Assembly: GCA_963760795.1 (NCBI GenBank)
Contig: CAVXEP010000012.1
Span: forward strand, 256,001 to 320,000
Origin: an uncultured delta proteobacterium
Lineage (GTDB): Bacteria; Desulfobacterota; Binatia; UBA9968
Length of the DNA stretch: 64,000 bases
Direction: 5' to 3'
The position numbers were made by a program, and so were the translations under genes. This document shows positions 34,507-45,722 of this stretch, piece after piece. The first letter of the stretch is position 1. Each line of letters starts with the position of its first letter. Under the pieces are notes generated by a model. The model was given only the letters and a program-made list of their open reading frames with translations, ran no database searches and was not told the DNA's origin.

Positions 34507-36825
34507 TCACTTGATCCTGTTGTTAACGGGCTATACGTTCCAGATATCGCGGCAATATTCCCGGATCGAGCGATCCGAAGAAAAGCGGCCAACCGAGCGC
34601 TGTTGAGGATCGACATGCGCGTCAGTTTTTCTGATCGCGGTACGCCTCACTCACTCGCTGTTGGCAGTCCACATAGGCCTGATAGTCGGCCAAGAGCATG
34701 TAGTCATCGCGGTTGAGCAGCGATTCCACGAGCGGGCGAAAAAGCTCGCAATCGCCGTTGGAGAAAAATCCCGAATCGATAAGGTCGATGGCCTCGCGCA
34801 GATCTGGGTTTGCTTCATAAGTGCTGCGCGGGTCGTAACCGTTCGCTTTTACGCTTTCCAACCTCCTCAGCCGTCAAGCCGAACAAAAAGAAATTTTCAT
34901 GGCCCACAGCGTCGCGGATCTCAATGTTGGCTCCGTCCAACGTGCCGATCGTCAGCGCACCGTTCATGGCGAATTTCATGTTGCCTGTGCCTGAGGCCTC
35001 TTTGCCTGCCGTGGAGATCTGTTCTGAAAGATCGGCGGCGGGGTAGACGCGCTGGCCGTTTTTGACGTTGAAGTCCGGCATGAAAACAACCTTGAGAACC
35101 TCAGAGACTTCTGGATCCTGATTGACGACCGCGGCGACGGAGTTGATCAGCTTGATGATCAGTTTAGCCATGCGGTATCCGGGAGCAGCTTTGCCGCCGA
35201 AGATCACAGTGCGCGGCGTTACTGCGGTCTCCGGAAACGCGCTTGAGCTGGTTATAAAGAGTGATGATGTAGAGCACGTTCAGGTGCTGCCGCTTGTATT
35301 CGTGCAGCCGCTTCACCTGAATGTCGAAGAGCGACTGCGGATCCACAGTGATGTCGGCGCGCTTATTGATGAAGGCGGCCAAGGCCGTTTGTTGTCGGAT
35401 TTGGTCGCTTGCCACTCGCGTTGAAAACCCGGATCGTCGACCACTGCTCGATGCGCTTCAAGCTCATCTTCGAGATCCGAAATCCATCGATCGCCGATTT
35501 TGTCGGTGATCAGCGCGCTCAGTTTTGGATTGCTGAGCGCTATCCAACGCCGCGGTGTCACGCCATTGGTGACGTTAAGGAATTTTTCCGGCGCCACGGC
35601 GTAGAAATCGCGGAGCACGGTTTGTTTGAGAAGCTCCGAATGGAGCGCCGCGACGCCGTTGATCGCGTGACTGCCTACGCTCGCAAGATGAGCCATGCGC
35701 ACATATTTTTCCCCGGCTTCATCGATCAGTGACAAGCGCCGAGAAGCTGATCATCGTCGGGATAGCGGGATCGCAATTCGTCGAGGAACCGGCGGTTGAT
35801 CTCGTAAATGATTTCGAGGTGACGCGGCAGAAGCTTGCCGAAAAGCGCCAGCGGCCATTTCTCAAGGGCCTCCGCAAGCAGCGTGTGATTGGTGTAGCCG
35901 CAAGTCCGCTGGGTAATTCTCCCAGGCCTGATCCCAATCCATCAAATGCTCGTCGACGAGAAGCCGCATTAATTCCGCAACGGCAATCGACGCATGGGTG
36001 TCGTTCTATTGCGCGGCCCAATAGGAATCGAACGCGTCGAGCTTTTTGCCCCGTATCAGATGCAAGCGGATCATGTCCTGCAGCGAGCAGGAGACGAAGA
36101 AATACTGCTGCGCCAGGCGCAGTCGCTTGCCAGCCTCAGGCTCGTCATTCGGATAGAGCACTTTCGAGATAGTTTCCGATATGATCTTCTCATCGACCGC
36201 GCCGTAGTAATCGCCAACGTTAAACGCTTCGAAATCGAACGATTCTGCGGCTTCCGCATTCCATAGTCGAAGGAGGTTTGTGGTAGGCACTCGGTAACCG
36301 GGCACAGGAGTGTCGTAGGCGACGCCTTTGACGACTTTTTCGGGAATCCAGCGGATGCGATAGCGGCCCTGCTCGTCGCAATAGCGTTCGGTGCGCCGCG
36401 AACTTATATCGAACGCTATTCGAGCGAACGATCTCGCAGGGGTTGCCGAAGCGCAGCCATTTGTCCGTGAGTTCCACTTGCCAGCCGTCGCGAATCGCCT
36501 GATCAAAAATTCCAAATTCGTAACGTATGCCGTAGCCAATCGCGGGCACGTTGAGCGTCGCGAGCGAATCCATGTAGCAAGCTGCCAAGCGGCCGAGTCC
36601 GCCGTTGCCCAGGCCCGGCTCTTCTTCCTGTTCCAGAAGATCAGCCAAGTTTTGTCCCACTTGGGCGACCGCCTTCTCTGTCGCCTGCCAGATACCGAGG
36701 TTGATCAGGCTGTTGCCCAGATGGGGTTACGTCAAAAATTCAGCTGAGAGATAAGCTACGGCCTTGATCGGTTTTTGCGCCTCGACGATTGCTTCCAGCG
36801 TCTCGCTATGGCGATCCAGAATTCG
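34507..36825 (-). pseudogene. glgP: Glycogen/maltodextrin phosphorylase, frameshifted with in-frame stops, 5' truncated
   Basis: [41 protein letters not shown]; stops at 36727 and 36006. Confidence 0.9.
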
Positions 36826-36923
36826 GTATGCTGACGACTCAACCCAATAGACCGACCTGACACAATCGCGTTGCTGTTAACAGTCATATTGACGTTGCTA
36901 CGACACAACCGACGCAGCTGGCA

Positions 36924-37205
36924 TCAGTCGAACTTCGCAACCGCATTTATCGGATCGATTTGGTAATCGACCCAACCATCGCGGATGCTCGGCATCCTGC
37001 CGATATGGCTGCGGACTTCGTCTTCAGATTCGCACTCCATAAGCATGTAAAAGCCCGGCACCGTGCCAACTTTAAATGCATGTTCGACGACGACACGTTT
37101 CCGAATCAACTCCCAAGATTCGTCAGCCGGTCCACCTTTGATCAAGGCTATGAATCCGTCACGGCTTTTGTCAGGACGTAAACCGCAGTTGACCATATAT
37201 TTCAT
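36924..37205 (-). CDS. Small muconolactone isomerase-like (dimeric alpha/beta barrel) protein
   Basis: 93 aa, GGAGA RBS, MLMECESEDEVRSHIGRMP pattern. Confidence 0.55.
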   Translation of the reverse strand: MKYMVNCGLRPDKSRDGFIALIKGGPADESWELIRKRVVVEHAFKVGTVPGFYMLMECESEDEVRSHIGRMPSIRDGWVDYQIDPINAVAKFD

Positions 37206-37583
37206 TTTGTCTCCTTTACCTCTGTATCAGTCGCAAGCTCGGCGAACGGGGCAAAAAACCAGCGACAGAAAAACGGCTAGATCGTTCGCCCCCGCGGGAT
37301 AAAAATAAAGCTTGAATTCAAGCTAGAGGTGATTTTAGCATTGCGCCATGGGAAACCAAGCCACGCGCGGCCAGCCAAAAAAGTTTCATCCAAACGTAAC
37401 ATTTCGCCGCGTGGAATAAATTTCCCCAACCATTCAGGCGTAGTGGTAGAGGCCGCCAAGCAAGAAAAAAGAATGGCATTCAACAGAAGCACAGAGCTCG
37501 CAGCCCTGAACCCTGTCATTCCATGTTAGACATAGGGTCCACAACAATGCCCTGGTTTTCGGCTTTCGCGCTCTAACCCTCGC

Positions 37584-37955
37584 TCATCGTCCCATCCGCC
37601 GGTCGTAGGCGCGTGAGATATCGCTGGCCAATTTCGCATCCCCGCCCTGAGGGCCGCGCGCTGAGATTTCCACGCGGACTCTTCCGTCCGCCTGGGTCAT
37701 GACCATGATCGCCACTTCGCGGCTATCGTTGGCGCCGGTGATAACTCCCCGCGCGCGATCTTCAGACAGGATGCGGATGCCGACATCTTGCGCCGCGCCT
37801 AGGGCAGCGTTCCACGACCGGTCAAAGCTGCTGGCTGCAGGGGCGTAAGCAGGAACCGGCTCGTAGACCACACAGCCCGTGACGATAATCGGCGCCGCTG
37901 CAACGGTTAGTGCAAAACGCGCCATCCCTATGATTATGAAAACTTTTTCTTTCAC
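37584..37955 (-). CDS. Hypothetical lipoprotein
   Basis: VTGC lipobox-like motif, FDRSWNAALGAAQD; start position uncertain. Confidence 0.6.
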   Translation of the reverse strand: MKEKVFIIIGMARFALTVAAAPIIVTGCVVYEPVPAYAPAASSFDRSWNAALGAAQDVGIRILSEDRARGVITGANDSREVAIMVMTQADGRVRVEISARGPQGGDAKLASDISRAYDRRMGR

Positions 37956-38221
37956 TATGTTGTTCTCCTTTGGTCGTCCGTATCGAAGCGAGACTGCAAA
38001 GAAACGTTGTATGACCCGTCCTATTTGCGCATTCAGCCACATGCGCGCTTCATTCAGACGTCAGGCCGGAAAAAATTCGCTGGCCATGGGACGAATCCCT
38101 TGACGGTAAAAGCCTTGATTCAGACCGTCATTCTCTGGCTCTGATCTCCCGAATTATTGTCATTTCGCTCTGGCGAAGTTTGTCCTTCGACCTGCCGTTA
38201 AGGATTGAGCAATGAGATCCA

Positions 38222-39650
38222 TCACCGCCACCGCAATGTCTGACGCGCGCGCCGCACGACCGCGAAACGCGAGTATATCCCTTCATTGCCATCGCTCGGG
38301 CTGATGCTCACCAGATCGTAAAGCCCGCCGAAGCGGCTATCGCCGCCAGCGAGAGCGCGCAAGCGATTGCCGGCCATGACTTGGTAGCCGTCCAAATGGG
38401 TCCAATGCGGCCATTTTCCGAAACCCCGCTCGCGGCCAAAGCGCGCATATAGATCATAGGGAATGCAAACCAGGCGAAACTCGACCGGGTCCAGACCGAG
38501 GTCGTTCTGGAGGATTTCGCTTCCGCGACGCATGAGCGTGGACTCGATCTCGATACGAGAGTGGCCAACTCGTTTAGCAAACCCCAATGCCGCCAAAAGC
38601 TTTGACGGCGCGTCGGCCGATTCATCTTCGGCGAAGTCTTCCAGCAGCACGGTTTCCGCAGTCGGCGGCGGCAGGTAGCGCGCTCCTCCTGAATTGACAA
38701 AGATCTGCTGAATGAACTGTCCCGCGAGCACCCGACTCTCTTCGGTGTCGAGTTCAGCGGGAATTCCCAGCTCAGCCAGGGCGCGCGAGCGCAGCACCCC
38801 CTCACGTTCCATATCCGGATTGGACGGCACCGGCTGGTCGACATGGGTGTAAATGGCTTCCCGAACCTTGGCCAATTCGGCCAATGGCGCCGTGCGCGCT
38901 TGCACCAGTCCGAGATCGCGAGCCCGCTCGATCACTTGAGGTGGAAACGGCACGGAAAGATCGATGGGACATTGGTAGCGGCTGAGCTCCACCGGGGCGC
39001 TCCCCGGGGCGGCCGCGGCGCCGCTCTCTTTCCAGTCCTGCAGCTCTTTCGCCAGCCGTTGCAGCGCGGCGGCGTCGCCGCGTTCCGCGGCTTCCATGGC
39101 CAGCTGCTCCACTTGAGCCCGATCGCGCTGCGAACCCTTTTGCGAAGTGGCTGCGCTTTTCAGTTCCAGCGCGGCAAAATAGCCGCGCCGCTTGTCATAG
39201 AATGCGCTGCTAGCGCTGTCCAGTTTCGCCAGCGATGCAAAGGCGTTAGTCAACTGAGTGCGAAGTTCCGCTTGCCCTGCCAGGGCCTCCGCTCCAAGGT
39301 GTTTACCGGGTGAGAAGGGTTCAAAAACAACCGCATCCGCGTCGTAGACATCCTTTCCCATGACGGCCAGGTTGCGCATCTTCGCCAGCCCATTGGCGCT
39401 GGCTTTCGATCCGCGCCGACAGCTCGGCCGCTTGCGTCCACTCGCGGTGCAACACCGCCGTGCGGCTGCGGCGCACGAGGTCGTCGATCTCCTCACCGGT
39501 AGATCCAATGGCGCGATAGGCGATTTCATCCAGGGTGGAACTCAAAAGTTCGCGCGCCCGGCGCAGATGGATATCGCGATAGACCGTATCCAACTTAGCG
39601 ACTTCCACCAACAAACCAACAATCTTGATATTGTTTGCATCCTTTGCCAT
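38222..39650 (-). CDS. Hypothetical protein of about 475 aa, frameshift near 39400
   Basis: AGGAGG RBS; ORFs 39321-39650 and 38222-39529 join; no family recognised. Confidence 0.65.
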
Positions 39651-39719
39651 TAACGTTTCCTCCTATCAAATTTACCAAAAAATTAGATCGATTAGCCCCG
39701 AACCAACATCCAGGATATG

Positions 39720-40958
39720 TCAACCGGTGGCCGTCTCCTCGCTAGCCTGAAACTCTGATGCCATGGAATTCAAAAACGAGAGTCTACTGACATAAAGCCC
39801 GATCGCCGGCAATGCGCTCAGCCCATGGGCAAAAATGCTGAGCAGCACGGTCGCCATGACCGCCAACCGGATTGTCGATTCACCCGGCAGGTTCGCTTGT
39901 CCCTCCAGATAAACCAAACCGAGAACGATGGACGCCAGCCCCCTAGGACCGAACCAGCCCATGAACAGCACAGTCCACCGACTCAGACCGGTGCCGGCGA
40001 GCGCCAGAGCCACCGGCACCATCCGCACCACTGTCAAGCTGAGGACCGCATACAGTACCAGGCTTGGGCTGAAATTTGTCCAGACCCGCCCGACGAACAA
40101 GCCGAATAAAAAGAAAACAAAGAAATTTAGCAACTGTCCCCAATCCTCGGCGAATTCCGTGGCCCGCTTGCCGGCGGGTGCAAAGCCCACCTGGACGGCC
40201 AGCCCGCCAACGTACGCCGCGATGAACATGCTCGCCTCGACGGCCTCGGACACCACCACGCAGAGCAGCGGAAGAGTGACCAGCCCGAGTGTCTGCCGCT
40301 CCGCCGCCATCCAGTTCCTGCGCTGAGCCAGACCCAGCAGCCAGCCGCCGCCCAGCCCGATGCCGAGGCCGACAAACGTACCGTAGGCGAGTTGCTCTTT
40401 GAAGAATCTCGTCAGCACCACGCCGGTGCCTTCGGTGGTACCCACGGCCAAGGCGATAAAGAACATCAGAAAAGGCACCGAGAGCCCATCGTTGACGCCG
40501 GCTTCGACGCTAAGAGACTGACGAATCCGCAGCGGCACCCGCGAGCTGTTGACGATCACCTGCCCAAGGCCGGCGTCGGTCGGCGCCAGGATCGCGGCGA
40601 GGATTCCCGCCTCCCAGACAGACAACCCATCAATGACCACCAAGGCGAAAACCGTTCCGAGTAGGATGGTAAGCAACATACCGGCACTCAGGAGGCGGAC
40701 CGGCAGATTGTAGTTGCCCTTGAGCACTTGCAGGTTGATATGGGCGGCGTCGGTGAAGAGCAGCATGACCAGGCCAAGCTCGGCAATGTGTAGCAACACC
40801 GTCCGCTCAAGCTCCAAGGTGGTCAGTTGCGGCGGCAGTAGGCAGATCAGCAGCCCAGCCGCGGTGAAAAGAATCGGCGCCGTAACGAGGGTTCGCTCCA
40901 ACCGGCGGGAGATCAGACTAAACAAAAGCACGATCAGGATGAAACCAGCGGTGATCAT
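39720..40958 (-). CDS. Cation:proton antiporter (NhaP/CPA1)
   Basis: LAPTDAGLG, VEAGVNDG, WFGPRGLAS. Confidence 0.92.
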   Translation of the reverse strand: MITAGFILIVLLFSLISRRLERTLVTAPILFTAAGLLICLLPPQLTTLELERTVLLHIAELGLVMLLFTDAAHINLQVLKGNYNLPVRLLSAGMLLTILLGTVFALVVIDGLSVWEAGILAAILAPTDAGLGQVIVNSSRVPLRIRQSLSVEAGVNDGLSVPFLMFFIALAVGTTEGTGVVLTRFFKEQLAYGTFVGLGIGLGGGWLLGLAQRRNWMAAERQTLGLVTLPLLCVVVSEAVEASMFIAAYVGGLAVQVGFAPAGKRATEFAEDWGQLLNFFVFFLFGLFVGRVWTNFSPSLVLYAVLSLTVVRMVPVALALAGTGLSRWTVLFMGWFGPRGLASIVLGLVYLEGQANLPGESTIRLAVMATVLLSIFAHGLSALPAIGLYVSRLSFLNSMASEFQASEETATG

Positions 40959-41147
40959 ATTAGTTCGACTGTCTGAGCAATCCGGCTCGCGTGGTCCATC
41001 TGCGCGCGGTTTCCCTGGGGCCGATCAACACGCAATTGACACTGATCCCGATGCGCACGCTCAGTGGTTATCTGCAGAGCCCGTTAGATCTCGCCAAGTA
41101 ATCATAAGCGTCGCTCTCACGATAATCTGCGCGCGGAACGCTTCTGA

Positions 41148-42827
41148 TCAGGACGTGCCGCCCGCCTTCGCCTGCAGCGCCTGGTAGCGTGCGATCGCCT
41201 CGCGGTCGTCGAACAGCATGCGCTCGCGCCCCAGTAGTTCATCATACCCCGAGGTTCGCACAACCTCGATCACGCCGGGGTTCAGACCCACTAGCCAACT
41301 CACGATGCCAAGTTCGATAGCGCGCTTCTCGCTTTCTATCAACATGCGCAGCGCCGAATATTCAAGATCGGGCACCCGGCTCATGTCAAACACCACCACG
41401 CGTGGCTTGTACTGTGCGATCAGTGCCAAGATCTGATCCGCGACATATTGCGCATTGACGAAGAACAGGCGCCCCTCAGGCCGCACGATCAGCAAGCCCT
41501 CGACTGTTTCATCGTCGGGGTTTTCGGACGACAGTGGTCGAAGCACGTCAGTACCACGCTTGCGGCCGATGACGGACACGCGCGGATATGCGGTCTGGCT
41601 CGCCAGCCCGATCAGCGACACGATAATGGCCACCACGATGCCCTTGAGCGTGCCGAACACCAGCACACCGGCACAGGCGATCAGCGCCCAGCGAAACTCC
41701 ATCGTGCGCACCTTGCGGATGGCAAGGAATTCCACTGGCTGGATCAGCCCGACCGAGTAGACGATGACCACCGCTGCCATCGTGGCGTTTGGCAGTAATC
41801 CCAACAAGGGTGCCAGCAGCAGCATGGTCGCCGCCGCGGCAGCCGCTGTCACCAGCGACGCCTTTTGCGACCGGGCTCCCGCGCCGCGCACGAGCGCAGT
41901 CTGCGAGGCGCCGCCGCCGCCCGGCATGGCACCGAACAGCGCGCCGCCGAGATTGGCAGCCCCGGTGGCGACCAGTTCGCGGTTGGCATTGATGGGGGGA
42001 TCTCCCGGGACGGTAAAGGCGCGACCCACCGCGATCGTTTCGGTGAAGCTCATCAGCGCCATCCCGAGCGCCCCCGGCACCAACTGCTCGATCAGCGCCA
42101 GATCCGGCAGCGTGAGCGATGGGAATCCTTGCGGAATCAGGCCGATCGTCGAGACTCCCAACGCCTGCAGGCCGAACAACCACGACGCGGCGATGCCGCC
42201 GCCAACCGCGACCAGTGACGCCGGGGAATGCGGCAGGAAACGCTCCATGCTGATCAGCACCAGGAACGTCGCGGCGGCAACCGCGAGCGTCAGCAGCGCG
42301 GTTTCTGGAATGTGCTGCGCGACGCTGACGACGTCGAAGAAGAAACCGCGCTTGGCGATGTGGATTCCCAGAAGTTTCGGCACCTGGTCCAGCACGATCA
42401 CCAAACCGATCCCCGCTTTGAAACCTGTCAGCACCGGCGCGGAAATGAAGTTGGCGACAAACCCCAGACGCATCAGCCTCGCCAGCAACAGCATCGCGCC
42501 GACCAGGGCGGTGAGCGTGGCGGTCGCCGTGACGAGCTTCGCCGGGTCGCCGTCCGGCACGGTCAGACCGAGCTGCGTGCCGGCCAGGATCGCCAGTGTG
42601 GTAGTGGAGCTGACGCTCAACACCCGCGACGAGCCGAGCAGCGCGTAGATCACCATCGGGATGAACGCGGTATACAGGCCGACCGCAACCGGCAAACCGG
42701 CAACCGTCGCGTAGGCCATGGCCTTCGGCAGAACCACCGCCGCGGCCGTCAGGCCGGCGATCACGTCGAAGCGCAATGCGGTGGTGCCGGACTGGCTTGC
42801 CTTTGCGTCTGTCGGATGCTGATTCAT
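41148..42827 (-). CDS. SulP family anion transporter with STAS domain
   Basis: DVIAGLTAAAVVLPKAMAYA, GLYTAF, NRELVATG, LFFVNA. Confidence 0.93.
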   Translation of the reverse strand: MNQHPTDAKASQSGTTALRFDVIAGLTAAAVVLPKAMAYATVAGLPVAVGLYTAFIPMVIYALLGSSRVLSVSSTTTLAILAGTQLGLTVPDGDPAKLVTATATLTALVGAMLLLARLMRLGFVANFISAPVLTGFKAGIGLVIVLDQVPKLLGIHIAKRGFFFDVVSVAQHIPETALLTLAVAAATFLVLISMERFLPHSPASLVAVGGGIAASWLFGLQALGVSTIGLIPQGFPSLTLPDLALIEQLVPGALGMALMSFTETIAVGRAFTVPGDPPINANRELVATGAANLGGALFGAMPGGGGASQTALVRGAGARSQKASLVTAAAAAATMLLLAPLLGLLPNATMAAVVIVYSVGLIQPVEFLAIRKVRTMEFRWALIACAGVLVFGTLKGIVVAIIVSLIGLASQTAYPRVSVIGRKRGTDVLRPLSSENPDDETVEGLLIVRPEGRLFFVNAQYVADQILALIAQYKPRVVVFDMSRVPDLEYSALRMLIESEKRAIELGIVSWLVGLNPGVIEVVRTSGYDELLGRERMLFDDREAIARYQALQAKAGGTS

Positions 42828-42883
42828 GCTGCCTATTCTCGGTTGCTGTGCAAGTTCATCCGGGGTCGATAATTCCTTGCCGC

Positions 42884-43783
42884 CTACAACGTCCGTTTTG
42901 CCGCCGCCAGCTCTTTCAACTTTGCTGCGCTGACTTTCGGATATTTCAGATCGAGCCCGGCCAGCGCATCGATGACCGCTGCGGCAACGATCACCCGCGT
43001 GAACCATTTATTGTCGGCCGGCACGACGTACCACGGCGCCGCTTTCGTCGCAGTATTGCGGATCATATCTTCATAGGCGCTCATGTAATCATCCCAGTGT
43101 TGGCGCTCCTTGGCGTCGTTGGCCGAGAACTTCCAGTTTTTCTCCGGTTGCTCGATGCGCTCGAGAAAACGCTTCTTCTGTTCCTTGTTGGAGACATGCA
43201 GGAAGAACTTGCGAACGGCGACGCCGTTGCGCGTCAGGTAGCGCTCGAAGCTGCGGATATCCTGAAAGCGGTCCTTCCAGATATCCTTTGTGATCAGGTC
43301 CGGCGGCAGCTTCTGCTTCTCTAAAAGCGGCCGATGCACCCGCACCACCAGGGTCTCCTCATAGTAACTGCGGTTGAAGATACCGATGCGGCCGCGCTCG
43401 GGCATACACTTGATACATCGCCAAAGGTAATCGTGGTCGAGGTCTTCGCTGGTCGGCGCCTTGAAGGAGAAAACCTGGCAGCCCTGCGGGTTGACGCCGG
43501 ACATGACATGCTTGATCGCGCCGTCTTTTCCGGCGGCGTCCATCGCTTGAAAGATCAGCAGCACGGCCCAGTTGTCCTGGGCATAAAGCATGTCCTGAAG
43601 CTCGGTCAACACATCGATGCCGATGGCCAGCGCTTCCTTGGCGCTCGGTTTGTCCTCGGAGGTCAGATCGAGGGTGTCGCCGGGGTCGATGTCCTTGAGG
43701 CGAAATTTTTCGTCGGTCACACGGAACGGCTTGGCGAACTTGCGCGCCTTCTTGATCAATTTATTCATGTCTTTGTTGTTCAC
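42884..43783 (-). CDS. ppk2: Polyphosphate kinase 2 family protein
   Basis: QAMDAAGKDG, FKAPT, FNRSYYEE, PADNKW. Confidence 0.94.
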   Translation of the reverse strand: MNNKDMNKLIKKARKFAKPFRVTDEKFRLKDIDPGDTLDLTSEDKPSAKEALAIGIDVLTELQDMLYAQDNWAVLLIFQAMDAAGKDGAIKHVMSGVNPQGCQVFSFKAPTSEDLDHDYLWRCIKCMPERGRIGIFNRSYYEETLVVRVHRPLLEKQKLPPDLITKDIWKDRFQDIRSFERYLTRNGVAVRKFFLHVSNKEQKKRFLERIEQPEKNWKFSANDAKERQHWDDYMSAYEDMIRNTATKAAPWYVVPADNKWFTRVIVAAAVIDALAGLDLKYPKVSAAKLKELAAAKRTL

Positions 43784-43801
43784 AGAGTTACCTCGTTCTT
43801 T

Positions 43802-43866
43802 CTTACCCCTGACCCCTTACCACTTACCCCTTACGTGAGGGGTGAGGCGTGAGGGGTTAGGGGTTG
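43802..43866. repeat. Back-to-back inverted 7-bp tandem arrays (CTTACCC)n/(GTGAGGG)n
   Basis: About 4-5 units each, centred near the CHAD stop codon. Confidence 0.75.
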
Positions 43867-44823
43867 GTTGCTCTCACTTTCCTTCTGATAATTCCCCGCA
43901 TGGTCGTTCGCGAGGCGAAATATCTTCTCGACTTCTTTCGCCTGCAAGCTGTGGCCCTTTTCCACATCCGCCAAAAGTATTCGCACCGCTGGCATCTCAT
44001 TCAGTAAAACCTCCGCCCGCGCCAGCGCTTCGGCAACCGCTCGGTGGAACACTTGACGGTCGTGCCAGACGCCAATGACATCCTGCAAAGCTGCCAGCGA
44101 ATTGAGCTGGGCCTTCAGCGGCCTGGCGCCGACCTCAAAAAGCAGTTCGGTGCGGTATCGCAAAACCTTAGTAGCGATGCGCAAGGCGTGCAAGTCAACC
44201 ACCGCGCAGGTTTCCTGTGCGCGCGCCAAGGCGGATTGCCAAGCGATCCACGCTGCTTGCACGCTGGCGCCGAGCCGCTGCATCAGAATGTCCGGACTTT
44301 CATCGCTGGCTTGTCGCAAAACTCTTTCGGCTCGGTCGGCGTAATCGCCAAGATCCTCGCGCAGCAGCCTTTTTCCCGCCCGGGCGACCTCCTTAGCGCG
44401 TTTCCGCAGCAGGTAGTCGCGGACAATCGTCCAGGCTTGCCGCTTGGCCTCGCTGCGCGTGCGCCGGTGCTGGCGCGCGACGATCTCGAGCAGGACATCG
44501 CAGTTGCGCCATTCACCGAGGACGCGCCGAATCCGCCGAGGCGTCCGGCGCAAGCGTCGCACCTTGGCCGGACGCGGCTTGGGAAACAAGGCATCGATCG
44601 CCTGTTGTAAACGCCGGCTCCAAACGCGCGTATCATGGATAATCTTCGGATTCCCATCCGCGCGCACTTGCGGCGCTAACGCGACAAATTTTTTCAACCG
44701 TTTTCGCACAAGACGCGATAACGATCGACGAGCGTCCAAAGCAACCGGCGTTTCGGCAAGCGCTTCCGGTGCTTGAGTGTTGGCCTCGGCCGATTCAAGC
44801 GGTGGTTCATTCTCCTGTTCCAC
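43831..44823 (-). CDS. CHAD domain protein
   Basis: IHDTRVWSRRL, LHALRIATKVLRYRTE, LQDVIGVWHD; adjacent to ppk2. Confidence 0.9.
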   Translation of the reverse strand: MEQENEPPLESAEANTQAPEALAETPVALDARRSLSRLVRKRLKKFVALAPQVRADGNPKIIHDTRVWSRRLQQAIDALFPKPRPAKVRRLRRTPRRIRRVLGEWRNCDVLLEIVARQHRRTRSEAKRQAWTIVRDYLLRKRAKEVARAGKRLLREDLGDYADRAERVLRQASDESPDILMQRLGASVQAAWIAWQSALARAQETCAVVDLHALRIATKVLRYRTELLFEVGARPLKAQLNSLAALQDVIGVWHDRQVFHRAVAEALARAEVLLNEMPAVRILLADVEKGHSLQAKEVEKIFRLANDHAGNYQKESESNQPLTPHASPLT

Positions 44824-45035
44824 GATTTTTTCTCAGACCGCGATGATCCCCAATAGCCGATCGATTCAATGCGCCATAAAACGTAATTGTTTGGGCGTCA
44901 AAGCCGATTGGAGAACCGCTCGTTCTTTTGGCGGAACACCGTCCACTTCGAGACCGCATAGCCCGCCCTTTTTTAGCCGAATCCCCGTCCCCGCCGTTGC
45001 CGCGCATGGCTCGTCCGCTTCGGCACCTACGTAGA

Positions 45036-45722
45036 CTAGTCGGATGTTGTCCCGCGCGCATACAGGCTCACCAACCGCGCAACCATCACCGCCAGGAAGA
45101 GTTGCCCTCCGACCCCTTCGACGATTGCCAGACCGCGCGCCACATCGCTGCGCGGCACGATGTCGCCGTAGCCGAGAGTGGCGATTGTGACGAAGCTAAA
45201 GTAGATCGCGCTCATGCGTGAGAAATCGCCGGTAACCGCGAAGGTGCCCGGCCAAATCTGTTGGAGAACCCAATAGAAGTTTCCGAAAAAGATCCCGGCG
45301 AGCAGGTAGGCGCTGAGGGCCGCGTACAGATGCTCGGCATCAACCACCGTGGCACGCATGGCGAAGCGCAAAGCAGCAGCCGCCGCAACCAGCCCAATCA
45401 GCGTCCACATCCCGAGTGTCATCGCCGAGAGTGCCGGATGATCAAACCACTCTGTCGCCGGACGTGCCAGCCACAACACGGTTATAATGATCAGTAGAAT
45501 GCGGCGATCTCTCCCCGCGCCGACAGGCATCACCGCGGCAAGCAGGTTGGCCGCGAGAAAAAACTCAATCAGAGATCCCTGCAACTCGAAAGCCGTGACA
45601 ACCGGAGCGGCCACTATCGTAAGCAGCAGCGTGTAGAAAAGAAACCCATAGCGTCGGCGCAAGTAAGCGCGCCCCAGCTCGCGCAAGCCGCCCGTTGCGA
45701 CAACACCGGTATCGTTCATCAC
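45036..45722 (-). CDS. Potassium channel family protein
   Basis: YFSFVTIATLGYGDIVP. Confidence 0.88.
   Translation of the reverse strand: MMNDTGVVATGGLRELGRAYLRRRYGFLFYTLLLTIVAAPVVTAFELQGSLIEFFLAANLLAAVMPVGAGRDRRILLIIITVLWLARPATEWFDHPALSAMTLGMWTLIGLVAAAAALRFAMRATVVDAEHLYAALSAYLLAGIFFGNFYWVLQQIWPGTFAVTGDFSRMSAIYFSFVTIATLGYGDIVPRSDVARGLAIVEGVGGQLFLAVMVARLVSLYARGTTSD

Noticed and set aside
37277-37519. 80-aa ORF with a signal-like start
   Set aside because: No family recognised and weak support
37526-37546. GTTAGACATAGGGTCC, and the similar weak site at 50175, as extra boxes
   Set aside because: Wrong spacer or missing arm
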